Below are positions 19,809 to 30,866 of a stretch of 64,000 nt of DNA, piece after piece (positions within the stretch are counted from its first letter, which is position 1; the number at the start of each line of letters is the position of its first letter). The stretch is from Candidatus Latescibacterota bacterium (GTDB lineage Bacteria; Latescibacterota; UBA2968; UBA8231). The notes under the pieces are model-generated. The model worked only from the letters and a program-made list of their open reading frames with translations. It ran no database searches and was not told the DNA's origin. Both the position numbers and the translations under genes were made by a program. The DNA lies in assembly GCA_965248265.1 (NCBI GenBank), contig CBDFJF010000002.1:768001-832000 (forward strand). The letters run 5' to 3'.

Positions 19809-20990
19809 CTATTTTGTTTTTATGAACGTACGAGCGCAGCGGAAGCCGATGTAGGCGGCACCTCTGCCCGGGCTGTGGAAGCTCCTGGCAGCGCCGCGAA
19901 TTTCCACGGCTGGCTGGCTCCATGAGCCGCCGCGCACAACTTTGTAATCGCCCACACTCGGGCCGCGAGGGTTGTCGCTTGGGCTGGAGGCATAATAAAG
20001 GGGATCCCACCAGTCGCCAACCCACTCGGCGACGTTGCCGGCAAGATGGAGCACGCCCTGGGAGCTTGCTCCCTGCGACAGGGCATCGATGGCGACCGGC
20101 TCGGGTGCCGCTCCGCTGTAGCGGGCCAGGCTGTGGTCCGGGGGATTCTCGCCCCACGGATAGGTCGTTGCGCTACTCATGCCTCGGGCCGCGTACTCCC
20201 ATTCCGCCTCCGTCGGCAGCCGCTTATCCTGCCAGCCACAATAAGCCTGTGCATCGCGCCAACTGACCATTGTAGCCGGGCTCGCCGGCGAATCGGGGGG
20301 CGATGTCGTGATTGATGGCTTGCGTCCTTCAGCGTGGAGGAAGGCGCTGTAAGAGGCAGTCGAAACCTCGGTGCGATCGAGCCAGAAGGCGCCAATGGAG
20401 ATCACATGAGGTGGCTGTTCCTCCATGGGCCCGGCCTCCGAACCCATGCGAAAGGAACCGGGCGGGAAGAAAACCATCTCAACCGGGGAAAACGACAACG
20501 CCATCGAGGCCAGGCGGCGCGCGATCCGGCGCGTCATCTCGGTCACCTCGCGATCGCTCTTGCCCAAGGGCTTTGCCTCCGTCCACACGACCTGATTGGT
20601 GGCGACATTCACCACCTTCATGGATACTCGATATCCAGATTTGTCGTAGCGCCCACCCGTTTTGGAGACCTCCACAAATACCAGATTGTCCACATTGGAG
20701 TGCTTGCCGATAGGGGTGGCTGAGGCCCGTTGAGTAAGGCCGGACTGTTGAAATGACAACTCCTCCAGTACATCCTGCAAGCGACTGCGTTCGACCAGAT
20801 CGACGCGCGGGGCCAATGACAGCTCTTCTTCTATCACCGTTTGCACCAGGGTCGTGACGGCTTCCGGGACATAGCGTCCGGATTCTGCCGGAGCAACCCC
20901 GATTGATACCCGGGCCTTGGCCTCTGCATGGCCACACGAGAGGATGACGACGGCAATAAGAGCTGGGAAGAGGGATCGGAATGATGGCAT
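19809..20990 (-). CDS. Secreted protein with CsgG/FlgO-like N-terminal domain and FGE-sulfatase (SUMF1) domain
   Basis: Signal peptide; LVERSRLQDVLEEL; F.MGS, P...VSWRDA.AYC, RLPTEAEWEYAARG, GNVAEW, RGGSW, IGFRC; alternative start at 21008. Confidence 0.85.
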   Translation of the reverse strand: MPSFRSLFPALIAVVILSCGHAEAKARVSIGVAPAESGRYVPEAVTTLVQTVIEEELSLAPRVDLVERSRLQDVLEELSFQQSGLTQRASATPIGKHSNVDNLVFVEVSKTGGRYDKSGYRVSMKVVNVATNQVVWTEAKPLGKSDREVTEMTRRIARRLASMALSFSPVEMVFFPPGSFRMGSEAGPMEEQPPHVISIGAFWLDRTEVSTASYSAFLHAEGRKPSITTSPPDSPASPATMVSWRDAQAYCGWQDKRLPTEAEWEYAARGMSSATTYPWGENPPDHSLARYSGAAPEPVAIDALSQGASSQGVLHLAGNVAEWVGDWWDPLYYASSPSDNPRGPSVGDYKVVRGGSWSQPAVEIRGAARSFHSPGRGAAYIGFRCARTFIKTK

Positions 20991-21100
20991 TCTGTGACGC
21001 TCCTTCAAGGGTGTTCCAGTACTGTTTGACAGGCTCTACCAGATAGGAGCGAAATCTGTTCCACGAACGCCTCACTCGCCTCACTGAGGCATCAGACGCC

Positions 21101-22444
21101 TCAGCTGAGGCATCGTTTCACCTCGTCCTTTGCCAGGTCGAACAAGGCGGAATCTCTTGCACAGAAGATGCGGAATATTTTTGCCTGATCCTCGAAGTTG
21201 TCCAACAGGGATTCTCGAAGGCGCGACACCTCAGGGTCATCGAAACTGAGCGGTTGAGGCTTGTCGCTGGGCACGTAGCCTTCGTAAAACACCTTCAGAT
21301 CGACCTCCGGGCTCTTGTCGAATCGCGGTATGTCGATGAGGATCTCGTCGCCGGTGACCTCCTGGCCAAGGCGTTCGCCAAAACCGCGGCTCAACTCAAT
21401 CTCCTTCACGCGCCGCTTGTCGGGATGTTGATATAGATCATACAAATAATGCATCAACCCCTGCTTGCGCTCGCCGGGATAGATGAAGGTCGCCAGCTTG
21501 TGTAGCTTGCGGTCGACGACGCCGTCCAGCAGCCGGGTGGAGCCCTCGAGGCCGAGCCGCTCCTGCTCGCTGCGCAGCAGCTCTATGAGTTCTCCCTCGG
21601 TTATGCCGCAAAAGTCATCGATCCCCAGATTGCAGTCGGGGTGTACGAGAGCATCCTGCACCGAGCGCTTGAACATGGCCGTGGCCGCTCGAACCGTGTG
21701 GTGCCAGTAGACGTTGCGGTACATGAGATAGTTCGTGAACACCAGGGACTCGACCGCGGAAACCCCCTTGCTGGTTATGGCCAGACGTTGCCTTTGCGGA
21801 TCGTACTTGATGGAGGAAATCAGACGGTCGCGGTTGACGCTCTCACCGAAGGGGACTCCGCAGAACAGGGAATCACGCAGCAGGTAGTCGATCTTGTCCG
21901 GATCCAGGGTGCCGCTGAGGATGTTGGCAAGCAGGAGATCACCCTGAGGCACCTGGCGGTCCATGGCCTGGTAGTCGATGACATTTGCGACGCGGACCGG
22001 ATCGACGTCGAGTACCTGGCGCAGAATTCGGTTGATATCGCCAGCCGGGTCCTCGATGACGGCACGAGCCCGTTCCTCGTGATTGACGAAAAACGTCGTC
22101 AACTCCTCCAATGTGTGCGAGAACGGGTAGTGGCCGATGTCATGCAGCAGCGTCGCGGCCAGAAAAACCCGGATGTCTTCATCCTCCAGGACCAACGGCG
22201 GATCTGACTTGAGCAGGCGGACGAGGAACTGTTTTGCGAGGTGATAGACCCCCAGTGAGTGCTCGAAGCGGGAGTGCCTGGCCCCAGGGTAGACCAGATG
22301 AACGAACCCCAGTTGGCTGATGTTGCGAAGACGCTGAAACTCGGCGGTGTCTATGAGTGCGAGCAGGGGGTGGGGCAGGTAGATATAGCCCCAGACTGGA
22401 TCCCGGATCGCTTTGCCTTCTTCCTCCAGCAGGGGGTGGTTCAT
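21101..22444 (-). CDS. HD-domain phosphohydrolase (SAMHD1/dNTP triphosphohydrolase-like)
   Basis: IRDPVWG, FQRLR.I.QLG, YPGARHSRFEHSLG, LLHDIGH.PFSH, D.DKIDYLLRD, MYRNVYWH. Confidence 0.9.
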   Translation of the reverse strand: MNHPLLEEEGKAIRDPVWGYIYLPHPLLALIDTAEFQRLRNISQLGFVHLVYPGARHSRFEHSLGVYHLAKQFLVRLLKSDPPLVLEDEDIRVFLAATLLHDIGHYPFSHTLEELTTFFVNHEERARAVIEDPAGDINRILRQVLDVDPVRVANVIDYQAMDRQVPQGDLLLANILSGTLDPDKIDYLLRDSLFCGVPFGESVNRDRLISSIKYDPQRQRLAITSKGVSAVESLVFTNYLMYRNVYWHHTVRAATAMFKRSVQDALVHPDCNLGIDDFCGITEGELIELLRSEQERLGLEGSTRLLDGVVDRKLHKLATFIYPGERKQGLMHYLYDLYQHPDKRRVKEIELSRGFGERLGQEVTGDEILIDIPRFDKSPEVDLKVFYEGYVPSDKPQPLSFDDPEVSRLRESLLDNFEDQAKIFRIFCARDSALFDLAKDEVKRCLS

Positions 22445-22451
22445 GGCGGCC

Positions 22452-22480
22452 AAACTATCCCCGCCATGTTACCCTGTCAA
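22452..22480 (-). promoter_or_regulatory. Putative sigma70 promoter for the HD gene (possibly leaderless)
   Basis: TTGACA (22480-22475), 17-nt spacer, TAGTTT (22457-22452), then 7 nt to ATG at 22444. Confidence 0.55.
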
Positions 22481-22496
22481 GCGCTTTTGGAGGTGA

Positions 22497-22525
22497 TTGA
22501 CAGTACCCCTAAAACCGACTATTTT
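22497..22525 (+). promoter_or_regulatory. Putative sigma70 promoter for the ndk-fab operon
   Basis: TTGACA, 17-nt spacer, TATTTT. Confidence 0.55.
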
Positions 22526-22643
22526 AACGCACTTACCGCAAGCCGGGATCGATCTAACACACAGCAAAATCGACGTCCATCCCAAGCAACGCGACACCTG
22601 GAAACTAGGGCCCGTAGGCTTGCGCCCCGGGAGACGAGAGTTC

Positions 22644-23045
22644 GTGCAACAAACGCTGTTGATTATCAAACCTGATGCTGTGGCCAAACAGGCGATAGGT
22701 GAGATCCTCCGCCGTCTCGAAGAAGAGGGTTTCGTCATTCGCCATCTGCAGATGGTGAGGTTGACGAAGGAGCGCGCCGAAGCCTTCTACGCGGTACACA
22801 AGGAACGGCCCTTTTACGGCGAACTGGTCGAATTCATGACTTCCGGGCCGGCCGTACCGGTGGCGCTGGAACGAAACGACGCGGTGACCCATTTGCGCGC
22901 CTTCATCGGTGAAACCGACAGCACCAAGGCGGCCCCTGGAACCATCCGTCGTGATTTTGGCACGGATATCCAATGCAACGCCGTACACGGATCCGATTCG
23001 CCGGAAAACGCGGCCACCGAGATCGCCTTCTTTTTTGGAGATTGA
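22644..23045 (+). CDS. ndk: Nucleoside diphosphate kinase
   Basis: TLLIIKPDAV, FYAVHKERPF, FMTSGP, GTIR, NAVHGSDS; GTG start chosen by homology. Confidence 0.97.
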   Translation: MQQTLLIIKPDAVAKQAIGEILRRLEEEGFVIRHLQMVRLTKERAEAFYAVHKERPFYGELVEFMTSGPAVPVALERNDAVTHLRAFIGETDSTKAAPGTIRRDFGTDIQCNAVHGSDSPENAATEIAFFFGD

Positions 23046-23630
23046 GTGCAGGCCGTGCCTTTTTCACTACACGAAACGCCGGGTACCATGTCGTACGACG
23101 GTACGACCCTGCTCGAGCTTGACGATTTCGCCCAGGGGACGACGCAGTGGAGCTTTGCCATCGATGCCGCCGACCTGGCGTGGGATGATCAATATCTCGG
23201 AATTCCCAAACCACTGCAGGTTTCGCTGAGCGTCATCCGCAGCATCCAGAGCTTTTCGGTGAACGGCACCATCGCCTTTGAGGTAGCCGGTGAGTGCTGT
23301 CGATGCCTTGCTGCCGCAACTGAGCCGGTTGAGGCAACCGTCAAGGTGTTGATCCAGCGCAAGGAAGCCAGTGAAGAAGAGCTTGAAGCACTTGAAAACC
23401 AAGACGAAGTAGAGATCGTCCATCCAGGCACTCGTTCCGTGGACCTGACACCCAGACTGCGTGACAGCGCCATGGTGGAGTTGCCGATGCGAATCCACTG
23501 CCGCCCCGGTTGTAAGGGGCTGTGCCCGCAATGCGGTCAGGACCTCAACGCCGGACAATGCGACTGTGCTGCGTCAACGACCGATCCACGATGGTCGGCC
23601 CTGGCCGAGTTAAAGAACAACCTAACGTGA
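23046..23630 (+). CDS. yceD: DUF177/YceD family protein
   Basis: CCRCL, LPM..HC..CKGLCPQCG.DLN..C.C..DPRW; lies directly upstream of rpmF; start may be 23088. Confidence 0.9.
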   Translation: MQAVPFSLHETPGTMSYDGTTLLELDDFAQGTTQWSFAIDAADLAWDDQYLGIPKPLQVSLSVIRSIQSFSVNGTIAFEVAGECCRCLAAATEPVEATVKVLIQRKEASEEELEALENQDEVEIVHPGTRSVDLTPRLRDSAMVELPMRIHCRPGCKGLCPQCGQDLNAGQCDCAASTTDPRWSALAELKNNLT

Positions 23631-23642
23631 AGGAGTGACCCC

Positions 23643-23825
23643 TTGCCCGCTGTACCGAAACGACGAATATCCCGCACCCGCCGTGACAAACGGCGCACCC
23701 ACTGGAAACTCAGGGCGCCGACCATCTCCTCCTGTTCGCATTGCGGACAGCCGGTTCGACCCCACCGCGTCTGCCGCAGCTGCGGACAGTACCGCGGGAG
23801 GGAGTACATGGAAGGAGAGGCCTAG
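23643..23825 (+). CDS. rpmF: 50S ribosomal protein L32 (Zn-ribbon type)
   Basis: AVPKRRISRTRRDKRR..CSHC..PHRVCRSCG.YRG; RBS AAGGAG. Confidence 0.97.
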   Translation: MPAVPKRRISRTRRDKRRTHWKLRAPTISSCSHCGQPVRPHRVCRSCGQYRGREYMEGEA

Positions 23826-23890
23826 GCACACCCATCCGTTCCACTGCCCGCCCATCAGGCACTCGGCGCAGGTTGTGGAGGTGCTGCTGA

Positions 23891-24904
23891 GTGACTGAGA
23901 GAAAACGCCCTTACAACGCCACCATAACCGCCACGGATCGGTGTCTGCCGAGTCGAGTAGTCAGCAACTTCGACCTCGAGAAGGTCATCGACACGTCTGA
24001 CTCCTGGATTCGCGACCGGACCGGTATATCCGAGCGCCGGTTTCTGGACGAGGAGCCCACGTCCTTCCTGGCGATCGAGGTCGCCAACAATCTACTGCGC
24101 AAGCGTCAGATGAACGCCGATGACGTCGATCTTATCATCGTCGCCACCATCACTCCCGACATGGTGTTTCCGTCAACGGCATGTCTGGTACAGAGCCATA
24201 TCGGCGCTAACAATGCCTGGGCCTACGATCTGTCCGCCGCCTGCAGCGGTTTTGTTTATGCCATCGCCGCGGGAGCCCAGTTCATCGAATCCGGTGCCCA
24301 CGAAAGGGTCATGGTCATCGGTGCGGACAAGATGAGTTCGATCCTCAACATCGAAGACCGTACCACCTACGTGCTTTTCGGTGATGGGGCGGGAGGCGTT
24401 TTGTTGGAGCGTTCGGACCGGGAAGAGGGGCTCATAGATTTCGAACTGCGCAGCGACGGTTCTGGCGGGGACAACCTCTGCCTGCCTGGCGGCGGCAGCA
24501 AGTTACCGGCCTCGCACGACAGCATCGACCAGCGCCTGCACTACGTGCGGCAGGAGGGGCGGGCCGTGTTCAAGGTTGCCGTCACAAAGATGGCGGAGGT
24601 CTCGCTGTCTCTTCTGCAATCGAACGGATTCGGTGTCGATGATATCGATCTGTTCGTACCGCATCAGGCCAACGGCCGCATCATCACGGCCACGGCGGAA
24701 CGCATGAACCTGCCGTTGGACAAGGCCTTCGTGAACGTCGATCGGTACGCCAACACGACCAACGCGACGATCCCGATCGCGCTTTCCGAAGCCAGCGACA
24801 CCGGCCGCTTGGCATCCGGGGATCTGGTGCAATTGACGGCTTTCGGCGGCGGCTATACCTGGGGAAGCGTGCTGCTCCGCTGGGGAACGGTTCACGACGG
24901 TTGA
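23891..24904 (+). CDS. fabH: 3-oxoacyl-ACP synthase III
   Basis: DTSDSWI..RTGI.ERR, AACSGF, LFGDGAG, PHQAN, ANT, FGGGYTWG. Confidence 0.96.
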   Translation: MTERKRPYNATITATDRCLPSRVVSNFDLEKVIDTSDSWIRDRTGISERRFLDEEPTSFLAIEVANNLLRKRQMNADDVDLIIVATITPDMVFPSTACLVQSHIGANNAWAYDLSAACSGFVYAIAAGAQFIESGAHERVMVIGADKMSSILNIEDRTTYVLFGDGAGGVLLERSDREEGLIDFELRSDGSGGDNLCLPGGGSKLPASHDSIDQRLHYVRQEGRAVFKVAVTKMAEVSLSLLQSNGFGVDDIDLFVPHQANGRIITATAERMNLPLDKAFVNVDRYANTTNATIPIALSEASDTGRLASGDLVQLTAFGGGYTWGSVLLRWGTVHDG

Positions 24905-24905
24905 T

Positions 24906-25850
24906 ATGACGGCGTTCCTATTTCCCGGCCAAGCCTCACAGTTCGTCGGCATGGGGGCCGATCTGTGCAGCCAGAACGACCTGGCCCGCCGCTTGTTCGA
25001 GGAGGCCGACGAGGTCATGGGCACGGCGCTGACGAAGATCTGTTTTGAGGGGCCGATGGAAGAGCTGACGCAAACGGCCATCACTCAACCGGCGGTTTTC
25101 GTCCACAGTTGTGCGGTGGCGCACGTGCTGCGGGATCAAGGCCTCGCTCCCAGTCATGTAGCCGGCCACAGTCTCGGGGAATACTCCGCACTCGTGGCTG
25201 CGAGTGCCATCGATTTTCGCCCCGCTCTCGAACTGGTTCGGGAGAGAGGGCGGTTGATGCAGCATGCTGGCGAGCTCGAAGCGGGTAAAATGGCCGCCAT
25301 CATCGGCATGGAAGACGACAGCGTAACGGCGTTGTGCGCGGAACTCAGCCCCAACGGTGATGTCGTGGCCGCCAATTTCAACGCGCCAGGTCAAGTCGTG
25401 GTGTCGGGCACGGCCGCCGCCGTCGAGGAGGTCGCCAGAGTGGCACCCGATCGCGGAGCGAAGCGGGCCATCGAGCTGACCGTCTCCGGGGCGTTTCACT
25501 CAAACTTGATGGCCCCGGCAGCACGGGAGATGCAGACACTCATCGCCGAGGCGGAGTTGAGGATGCCGCAAGTCCCCGTCATTACCAACGTCTCCGCGCA
25601 GCCCGTTGAGGATGTCAGCCAATTGCGCGAACATCTGATCGCCCAGATCACGAGTCCGGTGCGCTGGACAGAAACGATGGAATACCTGGCCGGAGCCGGT
25701 GTGCAACGCGCTCTGGAGGTGGGCCCAGGAGCCGTCCTCAAGGGCATGGCGCGCCGGACGAAACCGGCGCCGGAGGTCCAGACGGTCGGTAAAGACGAAG
25801 AAATCCCGGCGGCGGTGACATGGGCACAAACAGGAGAGACCGATGGGTAA
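24906..25850 (+). CDS. fabD: Malonyl-CoA:ACP transacylase
   Basis: FPGQASQ..GMG, GHSLGEY, ANFNAPGQ, VSGAFHS, SPVRW. Confidence 0.97.
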   Translation: MTAFLFPGQASQFVGMGADLCSQNDLARRLFEEADEVMGTALTKICFEGPMEELTQTAITQPAVFVHSCAVAHVLRDQGLAPSHVAGHSLGEYSALVAASAIDFRPALELVRERGRLMQHAGELEAGKMAAIIGMEDDSVTALCAELSPNGDVVAANFNAPGQVVVSGTAAAVEEVARVAPDRGAKRAIELTVSGAFHSNLMAPAAREMQTLIAEAELRMPQVPVITNVSAQPVEDVSQLREHLIAQITSPVRWTETMEYLAGAGVQRALEVGPGAVLKGMARRTKPAPEVQTVGKDEEIPAAVTWAQTGETDG

Positions 25851-26592
25851 CGACTTTGCAGGTAAGGCGGCACTGATAACCGGGGGTTCGCGGGGCATCG
25901 GCAAGGCCATCGCCCTCGAGCTGGCTTCGGGAGGCGCTGATATCGCGCTGTGCGCCCGTACCGAGGGTGCCGCCGAGTCCGTGGCCGCCGAAATCGAGGC
26001 CCTGGGTGTCAGAGCCGTTGCCTATCAGGCAGATGTCGCGGATTCGGGCCAGGCGGATGCGGCGGTCAAGCAAACACTCGAGACCTTCGGCCGCATCGAC
26101 ATCCTCGTCAACAATGCCGGCATCACCCGGGACAATCTGCTGATGCGGATGAAAGAGGAAGACTGGGACGCCGTACTGGCGACCAATCTCAAGGGGGCTT
26201 TCAACTGTTGCAAAGCGGCCGTCAGGCCCATGATGAAAGCGCGCAGTGGCCGCATCATCAACGTTACCTCCGTCGTCGGCATCAGCGGTAACGCCGGGCA
26301 AGCCAACTACGCCGCCTCAAAGGCAGGGCTCGTCGGCCTGACAAAGAGTTTGGCCAAGGAGTTTGCCTCCCGTAATATCACCGTCAACGCCGTGGCTCCG
26401 GGACTGGTGCCAGAGACCGGGATGACGTCGGATCTGACTGACCAGGTCGTCGAACAGATGGAGGCCCAGATTCCGCTGGGGCGCACCGGCACGGTGGAGG
26501 AAATCGCCCATGCCGTCACGTTTCTCGCGTCCGAGAGAGCGGGCTATATAACTGGCCAGGTCGTAGTCGTCGACGGCGGCATGACCATGTAA
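25843..26592 (+). CDS. fabG: 3-oxoacyl-ACP reductase
   Basis: [28 protein letters not shown]; fab operon context. Confidence 0.97.
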   Translation: MGNDFAGKAALITGGSRGIGKAIALELASGGADIALCARTEGAAESVAAEIEALGVRAVAYQADVADSGQADAAVKQTLETFGRIDILVNNAGITRDNLLMRMKEEDWDAVLATNLKGAFNCCKAAVRPMMKARSGRIINVTSVVGISGNAGQANYAASKAGLVGLTKSLAKEFASRNITVNAVAPGLVPETGMTSDLTDQVVEQMEAQIPLGRTGTVEEIAHAVTFLASERAGYITGQVVVVDGGMTM

Positions 26593-26689
26593 GAGTACCG
26601 ATATATATTTGCGTCTATCAGACAAACTTCAAATCCCGAGACACAGTTCAGACTCAAGACAGAGTTCGAACCCAACGAGGAGTGCCAAG

Positions 26690-26929
26690 ATGTCAGAAAT
26701 CACAACCCGGGTCCGCGATCTCATCGTCGAACAGCTGGGGGTCAACGTCGACCAGGTGACCCCCGAGGCTTCCTTCATCGATGACCTCGGAGCCGATTCG
26801 CTCGACACCGTAGAGCTGGTGATGGCGTTCGAGGAGGAATTCGGGATCGACATCCCTGATGAAGACGCCGAGAAGATGGCCAGCGTCAACGATGCCATGA
26901 AGTACCTCGAGGAACACAGCAAGGCTTGA
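26690..26929 (+). CDS. acpP: Acyl carrier protein
   Basis: [20 protein letters not shown]; RBS GAGGAG. Confidence 0.98.
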   Translation: MSEITTRVRDLIVEQLGVNVDQVTPEASFIDDLGADSLDTVELVMAFEEEFGIDIPDEDAEKMASVNDAMKYLEEHSKA

Positions 26930-28182
26930 GGCCGTTGTCGCGCCGTAGAGTCGTTGTCACCGGCCTGGGTGTACTGGCGCCCAACGGCAATACCGTCGAT
27001 GCCTTCTGGGAGGCGCTGACGTCAGGCCGTTCAGGCATCGGTCCCATCACCCGGTTCGACGCCTCCGATCAGAAGGTCAAGATCGCCGGCGAGCTCAAGG
27101 ATTTCGATCCTGAGGAGGTGATGGATCGCAAGGAGGTCCGTCGGCAGGATCGCTTCGTCCAGTACACCGTCTACGCCTCGACCAAGGCGTTCGAACATTC
27201 CGGTTTGGAGATCGGTCGTGAAAACCCGGAGCGAATCGGCGTCATTCTCGGCTCGGGCATCGGTGGCATCCAGACGCTCGAGGATCAGCACACCGTGTTG
27301 ATGGAGAAGGGACCGACGCGAATCAGCCCGTTCTTCGTGCCGATGATGATCAGCGACATGTCGGCCGGCTTCGTCTCCATCAAGCTGGGTGCCAAGGGTC
27401 CCAACTACACCACGGTATCGGCCTGCTCGTCAGCTGCCCACGCGATCGGCGAGGCGGCGCGGAAGATTCAGTACAATGAAGCGGATATCATGGTCACCGG
27501 CGGTACCGAATCGGCGATAACGCCGATCTCGATCGGCGGCTTCGCCTCTGCCCGGGCGCTGGCGACCGAAAACGACGACGATCCGACTACGGTCAGCCGG
27601 CCTTTCGATGCCGAGCGCCGGGGATTCGTCCTCGGTGAGGGCGCGGGCACCATGGTGCTCGAAGAGCTGGAACATGCCAAGCAGCGTGAAGCAACCATCT
27701 TCGGCGAATTCTCCGGCATGGGGTTCACCGGAGACGCCTACCACATCACCGACATGGCGCCCGGGGGTGAAGGCGGGGCGCGGGCGATGCGCATCGCCAT
27801 CGCCGACGCCGGCATCAATACCGATCAGATTGACTACGTCAACGCTCATGGCACCTCGACGCCGATCGGCGATATGCAGGAAACGGCAGCGATCAAGTCG
27901 GTGTTTGGTGAGCACGCCCGTTCGCTGGCGATCAGTTCAACCAAGTCGATGACGGGTCATTTGCTCGGTGCCGCCGGGGCCATCGAAAGCATCGCCTGTG
28001 TGCTGGCGCTGGCGAACGGCGTGGTCCCGCCAACCATCAACTACGAACACCCCGATCCTGAGTGCGACCTCGACTGTGTGCCCAATCAAGCCAGAGAGCT
28101 CTCCCCCCACCGAGTCGTCAACAACTCCTTCGGTTTCGGCGGCCACAACGTTGCGCTCGTGTTTAGTCGATTCGACGGATAA
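26926..28182 (+). CDS. fabF: 3-oxoacyl-ACP synthase II
   Basis: [42 protein letters not shown]. Confidence 0.97.
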   Translation: MRPLSRRRVVVTGLGVLAPNGNTVDAFWEALTSGRSGIGPITRFDASDQKVKIAGELKDFDPEEVMDRKEVRRQDRFVQYTVYASTKAFEHSGLEIGRENPERIGVILGSGIGGIQTLEDQHTVLMEKGPTRISPFFVPMMISDMSAGFVSIKLGAKGPNYTTVSACSSAAHAIGEAARKIQYNEADIMVTGGTESAITPISIGGFASARALATENDDDPTTVSRPFDAERRGFVLGEGAGTMVLEELEHAKQREATIFGEFSGMGFTGDAYHITDMAPGGEGGARAMRIAIADAGINTDQIDYVNAHGTSTPIGDMQETAAIKSVFGEHARSLAISSTKSMTGHLLGAAGAIESIACVLALANGVVPPTINYEHPDPECDLDCVPNQARELSPHRVVNNSFGFGGHNVALVFSRFDG

Positions 28183-28191
28183 GCAGTTGCA

Positions 28192-28935
28192 ATGGCACTG
28201 CGTTGGCTCGGCAGAATCCTCGGACGGCGATCCAGCACGCCTGCCCTCGACCTGCGTGCCCTGCAGGCCCACGTCGGTTACCGCTTTCGCGATCACAGGC
28301 TATTGGAGCAGGCCCTCAAGCATCGGTCGTACGTCTATGCGCGTCAGGGAACGGGCGTGGAGTCGAACGAGCGGCTGGAGTACCTCGGCGATGCCGTGCT
28401 GGATCTGCTCGTGGCAGAGTTTCTCTATCGCGAATACCAAAGTTTGCGAGAAGGTGATCTGACCCAGATGAAGTCGCTCGTCGTCAGTCGCACGATTCTG
28501 GCGGCAAAGGCCCGTAGCATCGATCTGGACCACTTCATTCTACTGAGCTCGGAAGAGCGCCGCGCCGGCGGTGCGGTACAACCTTCGATTCTGTCCGACG
28601 CGCTCGAGGCCGTGATCGGAGCGATTTACCTCGATGGCGGATTGGAGGCAGCCCGTCGCACGGTCCACGACGTGCTTCTGCAGGATTTCGAGGAGCTGCA
28701 TACGCGCGAAGATTTCGTCAATTTCAAGAGTCGTCTGCTCGAACACACGCAAAGCGAAGGGTCCGGCCACCCGAAGTACCATGTGCACAACGAGGATGGC
28801 CCTGACCACGACAAGCTTTTCAGCGTCAACGTCAGTGTAACCGGAGAAACACTGGGCAGCGGGCAAGGGCGCAGCAAGAAAGAGGCTCAACAGATGGCGG
28901 CGCGTGATGCGCTCAAACGCCTGGGCAAGCTGTGA
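28192..28935 (+). CDS. rnc: Ribonuclease III
   Basis: NERLEYLGDAVL signature, D.LEA.IGAIYLDGG, C-terminal dsRBD (GPDH..G.GRSKKEAQQ.AA). Confidence 0.97.
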   Translation: MALRWLGRILGRRSSTPALDLRALQAHVGYRFRDHRLLEQALKHRSYVYARQGTGVESNERLEYLGDAVLDLLVAEFLYREYQSLREGDLTQMKSLVVSRTILAAKARSIDLDHFILLSSEERRAGGAVQPSILSDALEAVIGAIYLDGGLEAARRTVHDVLLQDFEELHTREDFVNFKSRLLEHTQSEGSGHPKYHVHNEDGPDHDKLFSVNVSVTGETLGSGQGRSKKEAQQMAARDALKRLGKL

Positions 28936-29025
28936 TGATGCGTTTGTACCGCCTCCGGTAAGCACGCGAGAGCCCACATTCCGTTTTTCCCACATCCCGA
29001 AAGGGTGCACGCAGGAGAATCTCCA

Positions 29026-29871
29026 GTGTCTGGTCCATGGCGCTTGATTCAATCCGGGATCTCGACGGGGTCCGACAACATGGCCGTCGACGGTGTGCTG
29101 TTGGATCGGGTCGCAGAGTCCGGTAACCCGCCGGTACTCAGGTTCTACGGGTGGCATCCGCCCGCCGTGTCGATCGGGTACAATCAATCCGCGCCGACGG
29201 AGCTGGATCTGGCCAGGTGTCGGCAAGAACGGATCGACGTGGTCACTCGTCCGTCCGGTGGCCGCGCCGTCCTTCACTGGAACGAGTTGACCTATTCGCT
29301 GTCGTGGTCTGACGATGAATCCGCGTTGGCAGGCGGGGTTTGCGCATCCAGTCGCAGGATCGGACAGAGCCTGGTCGATGGGCTGAGGTCGTTCGGGGTG
29401 GCTGCGGAACTGGAGCGGGGTGAACCCACGCGGGGTGGCTCGTCCGACGCGTCGTCCTCGAAAGGCCCTTGCTTCGCCAGCACCTCGAGATGGGAAGTGA
29501 AGTGCGGCGGCAAGAAGCTGGTCGGCAGCGCCCAGCGCCGAATTCGGGGGGGTGTGCTGCAACATGGCTCTGTGCTGTTGGGCCCGGAGCACGAGCGCCT
29601 CTGCGAACTCATGCACACGGGCCACACCCTGCCTCGGACCAGCACCCACCTGAGTCGTTGGGTCGATGACATCGACATCGCCCGCTTGAGGGCGTGCCTG
29701 GTCGAAGGCTTCGAGCGCACTCTGGGGGTGCGACTGGAACCTGCCGACCTGAGTTGTGAGGAGACGGCCATTGCGGCCGAACGGGCGCATCGGTTCTCGG
29801 TCGTGCCGTCATTCGAGCCGGCGGCGGCCGGCGCGGTCACGGAAACCGCCGCGATGGTGAGGAGGGCGTGA
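29026..29871 (+). CDS. Lipoate-protein ligase/octanoyltransferase (LplA/LipM family)
   Basis: [42 protein letters not shown]. Confidence 0.88.
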   Translation: MSGPWRLIQSGISTGSDNMAVDGVLLDRVAESGNPPVLRFYGWHPPAVSIGYNQSAPTELDLARCRQERIDVVTRPSGGRAVLHWNELTYSLSWSDDESALAGGVCASSRRIGQSLVDGLRSFGVAAELERGEPTRGGSSDASSSKGPCFASTSRWEVKCGGKKLVGSAQRRIRGGVLQHGSVLLGPEHERLCELMHTGHTLPRTSTHLSRWVDDIDIARLRACLVEGFERTLGVRLEPADLSCEETAIAAERAHRFSVVPSFEPAAAGAVTETAAMVRRA

Positions 29872-30866
29872 TCGATTCCGACCAGAACGCGCCGTTGCGG
29901 GTGATGAATCTGTGCACCTCTTTCCACACGCGGGACGGGGTGGCAAGGGCAGTGGACGGCGTGTCATTCCACGTCCGCCGTGGGGAGACCCTGGCCCTGG
30001 TTGGTGAAAGTGGTTGCGGTAAAACCGTCACCGCGCTTTCCCTGATGCGATTGGTTAGTGAGCCTGGTCGTATAGAGAAAGGGCAGGTGATGCTCAATGG
30101 TCGAGATCTGACCGGACTTGCAGAACCGGAGATGTGCGCCGTCCGCGGGGCCGAATTGGCCATGGTATTTCAGGAGCCGATGACGAGTCTGAATCCGGTT
30201 CTCACCTGCGGATATCAGATTGCCGAGGCCGTCAGCCTGCACCACGACGTCTCACGGATGGAAGCTCGCGATCGTGCCATCGATATGCTGCGCCTGGTTC
30301 ACATTTCGGCGCCGGAACAACGGATGAGGGAGTATCCACATCAACTGAGCGGAGGTATGCGGCAACGCGTCATGATCGCGATGGCCCTGTCATGCCGACC
30401 TGATGTGCTGATAGCTGACGAGCCTACTACAGCACTGGACGTGACCATTCAGGCCCAAATACTGGATTTGCTACGGGAGCTGCAGGCTGAAATGGACATG
30501 GCAGTCCTCCTCATCACGCACGATCTCGGCGTGGTTGCGGAAACGGCCGATCGGGTCGCGGTCATGTACGCGGGGCGCATCGTCGAGTCCGCGACAACGG
30601 AGAGGCTCTTCGCCAATCCGCAGCATCCGTACACGCACGGTCTGTTGCGTTCCGTACCGCCCATGGACGGCAGCCGAGACCGGCTAGAAACCATCCCCGG
30701 ATCGGTTCCGGATATGCGGTCTTTAGCCGTTGGATGCCGGTTTGCTCCTCGCTGTGGGTCAGCCGACGCTGAATGCACGAGTGTGCAACCCGAGCTGGAA
30801 CGTGCGCCGGGAGCAGGGGGAGACCACACGGTGAGTTGCTGGAAGGCGGGAATGGAGGGCGCATGA
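29868..30866 (+). CDS. oppD: Oligopeptide/dipeptide ABC transporter ATP-binding protein (OppD/DppD-like)
   Basis: [39 protein letters not shown]-terminal Cys cluster. Confidence 0.9.
   Translation: MIDSDQNAPLRVMNLCTSFHTRDGVARAVDGVSFHVRRGETLALVGESGCGKTVTALSLMRLVSEPGRIEKGQVMLNGRDLTGLAEPEMCAVRGAELAMVFQEPMTSLNPVLTCGYQIAEAVSLHHDVSRMEARDRAIDMLRLVHISAPEQRMREYPHQLSGGMRQRVMIAMALSCRPDVLIADEPTTALDVTIQAQILDLLRELQAEMDMAVLLITHDLGVVAETADRVAVMYAGRIVESATTERLFANPQHPYTHGLLRSVPPMDGSRDRLETIPGSVPDMRSLAVGCRFAPRCGSADAECTSVQPELERAPGAGGDHTVSCWKAGMEGA

Noticed and set aside
16336-21008. Diversity-generating retroelement (RT near an FGE-sulfatase/CLec-fold gene and near long repeats)
   Set aside because: The RT has group II intron features (RT0, YADD, domain X) and is flanked by ribozyme domains V-VI. 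No template repeat for the FGE C-terminus was seen, and the 903-bp repeats show no adenine-specific differences.
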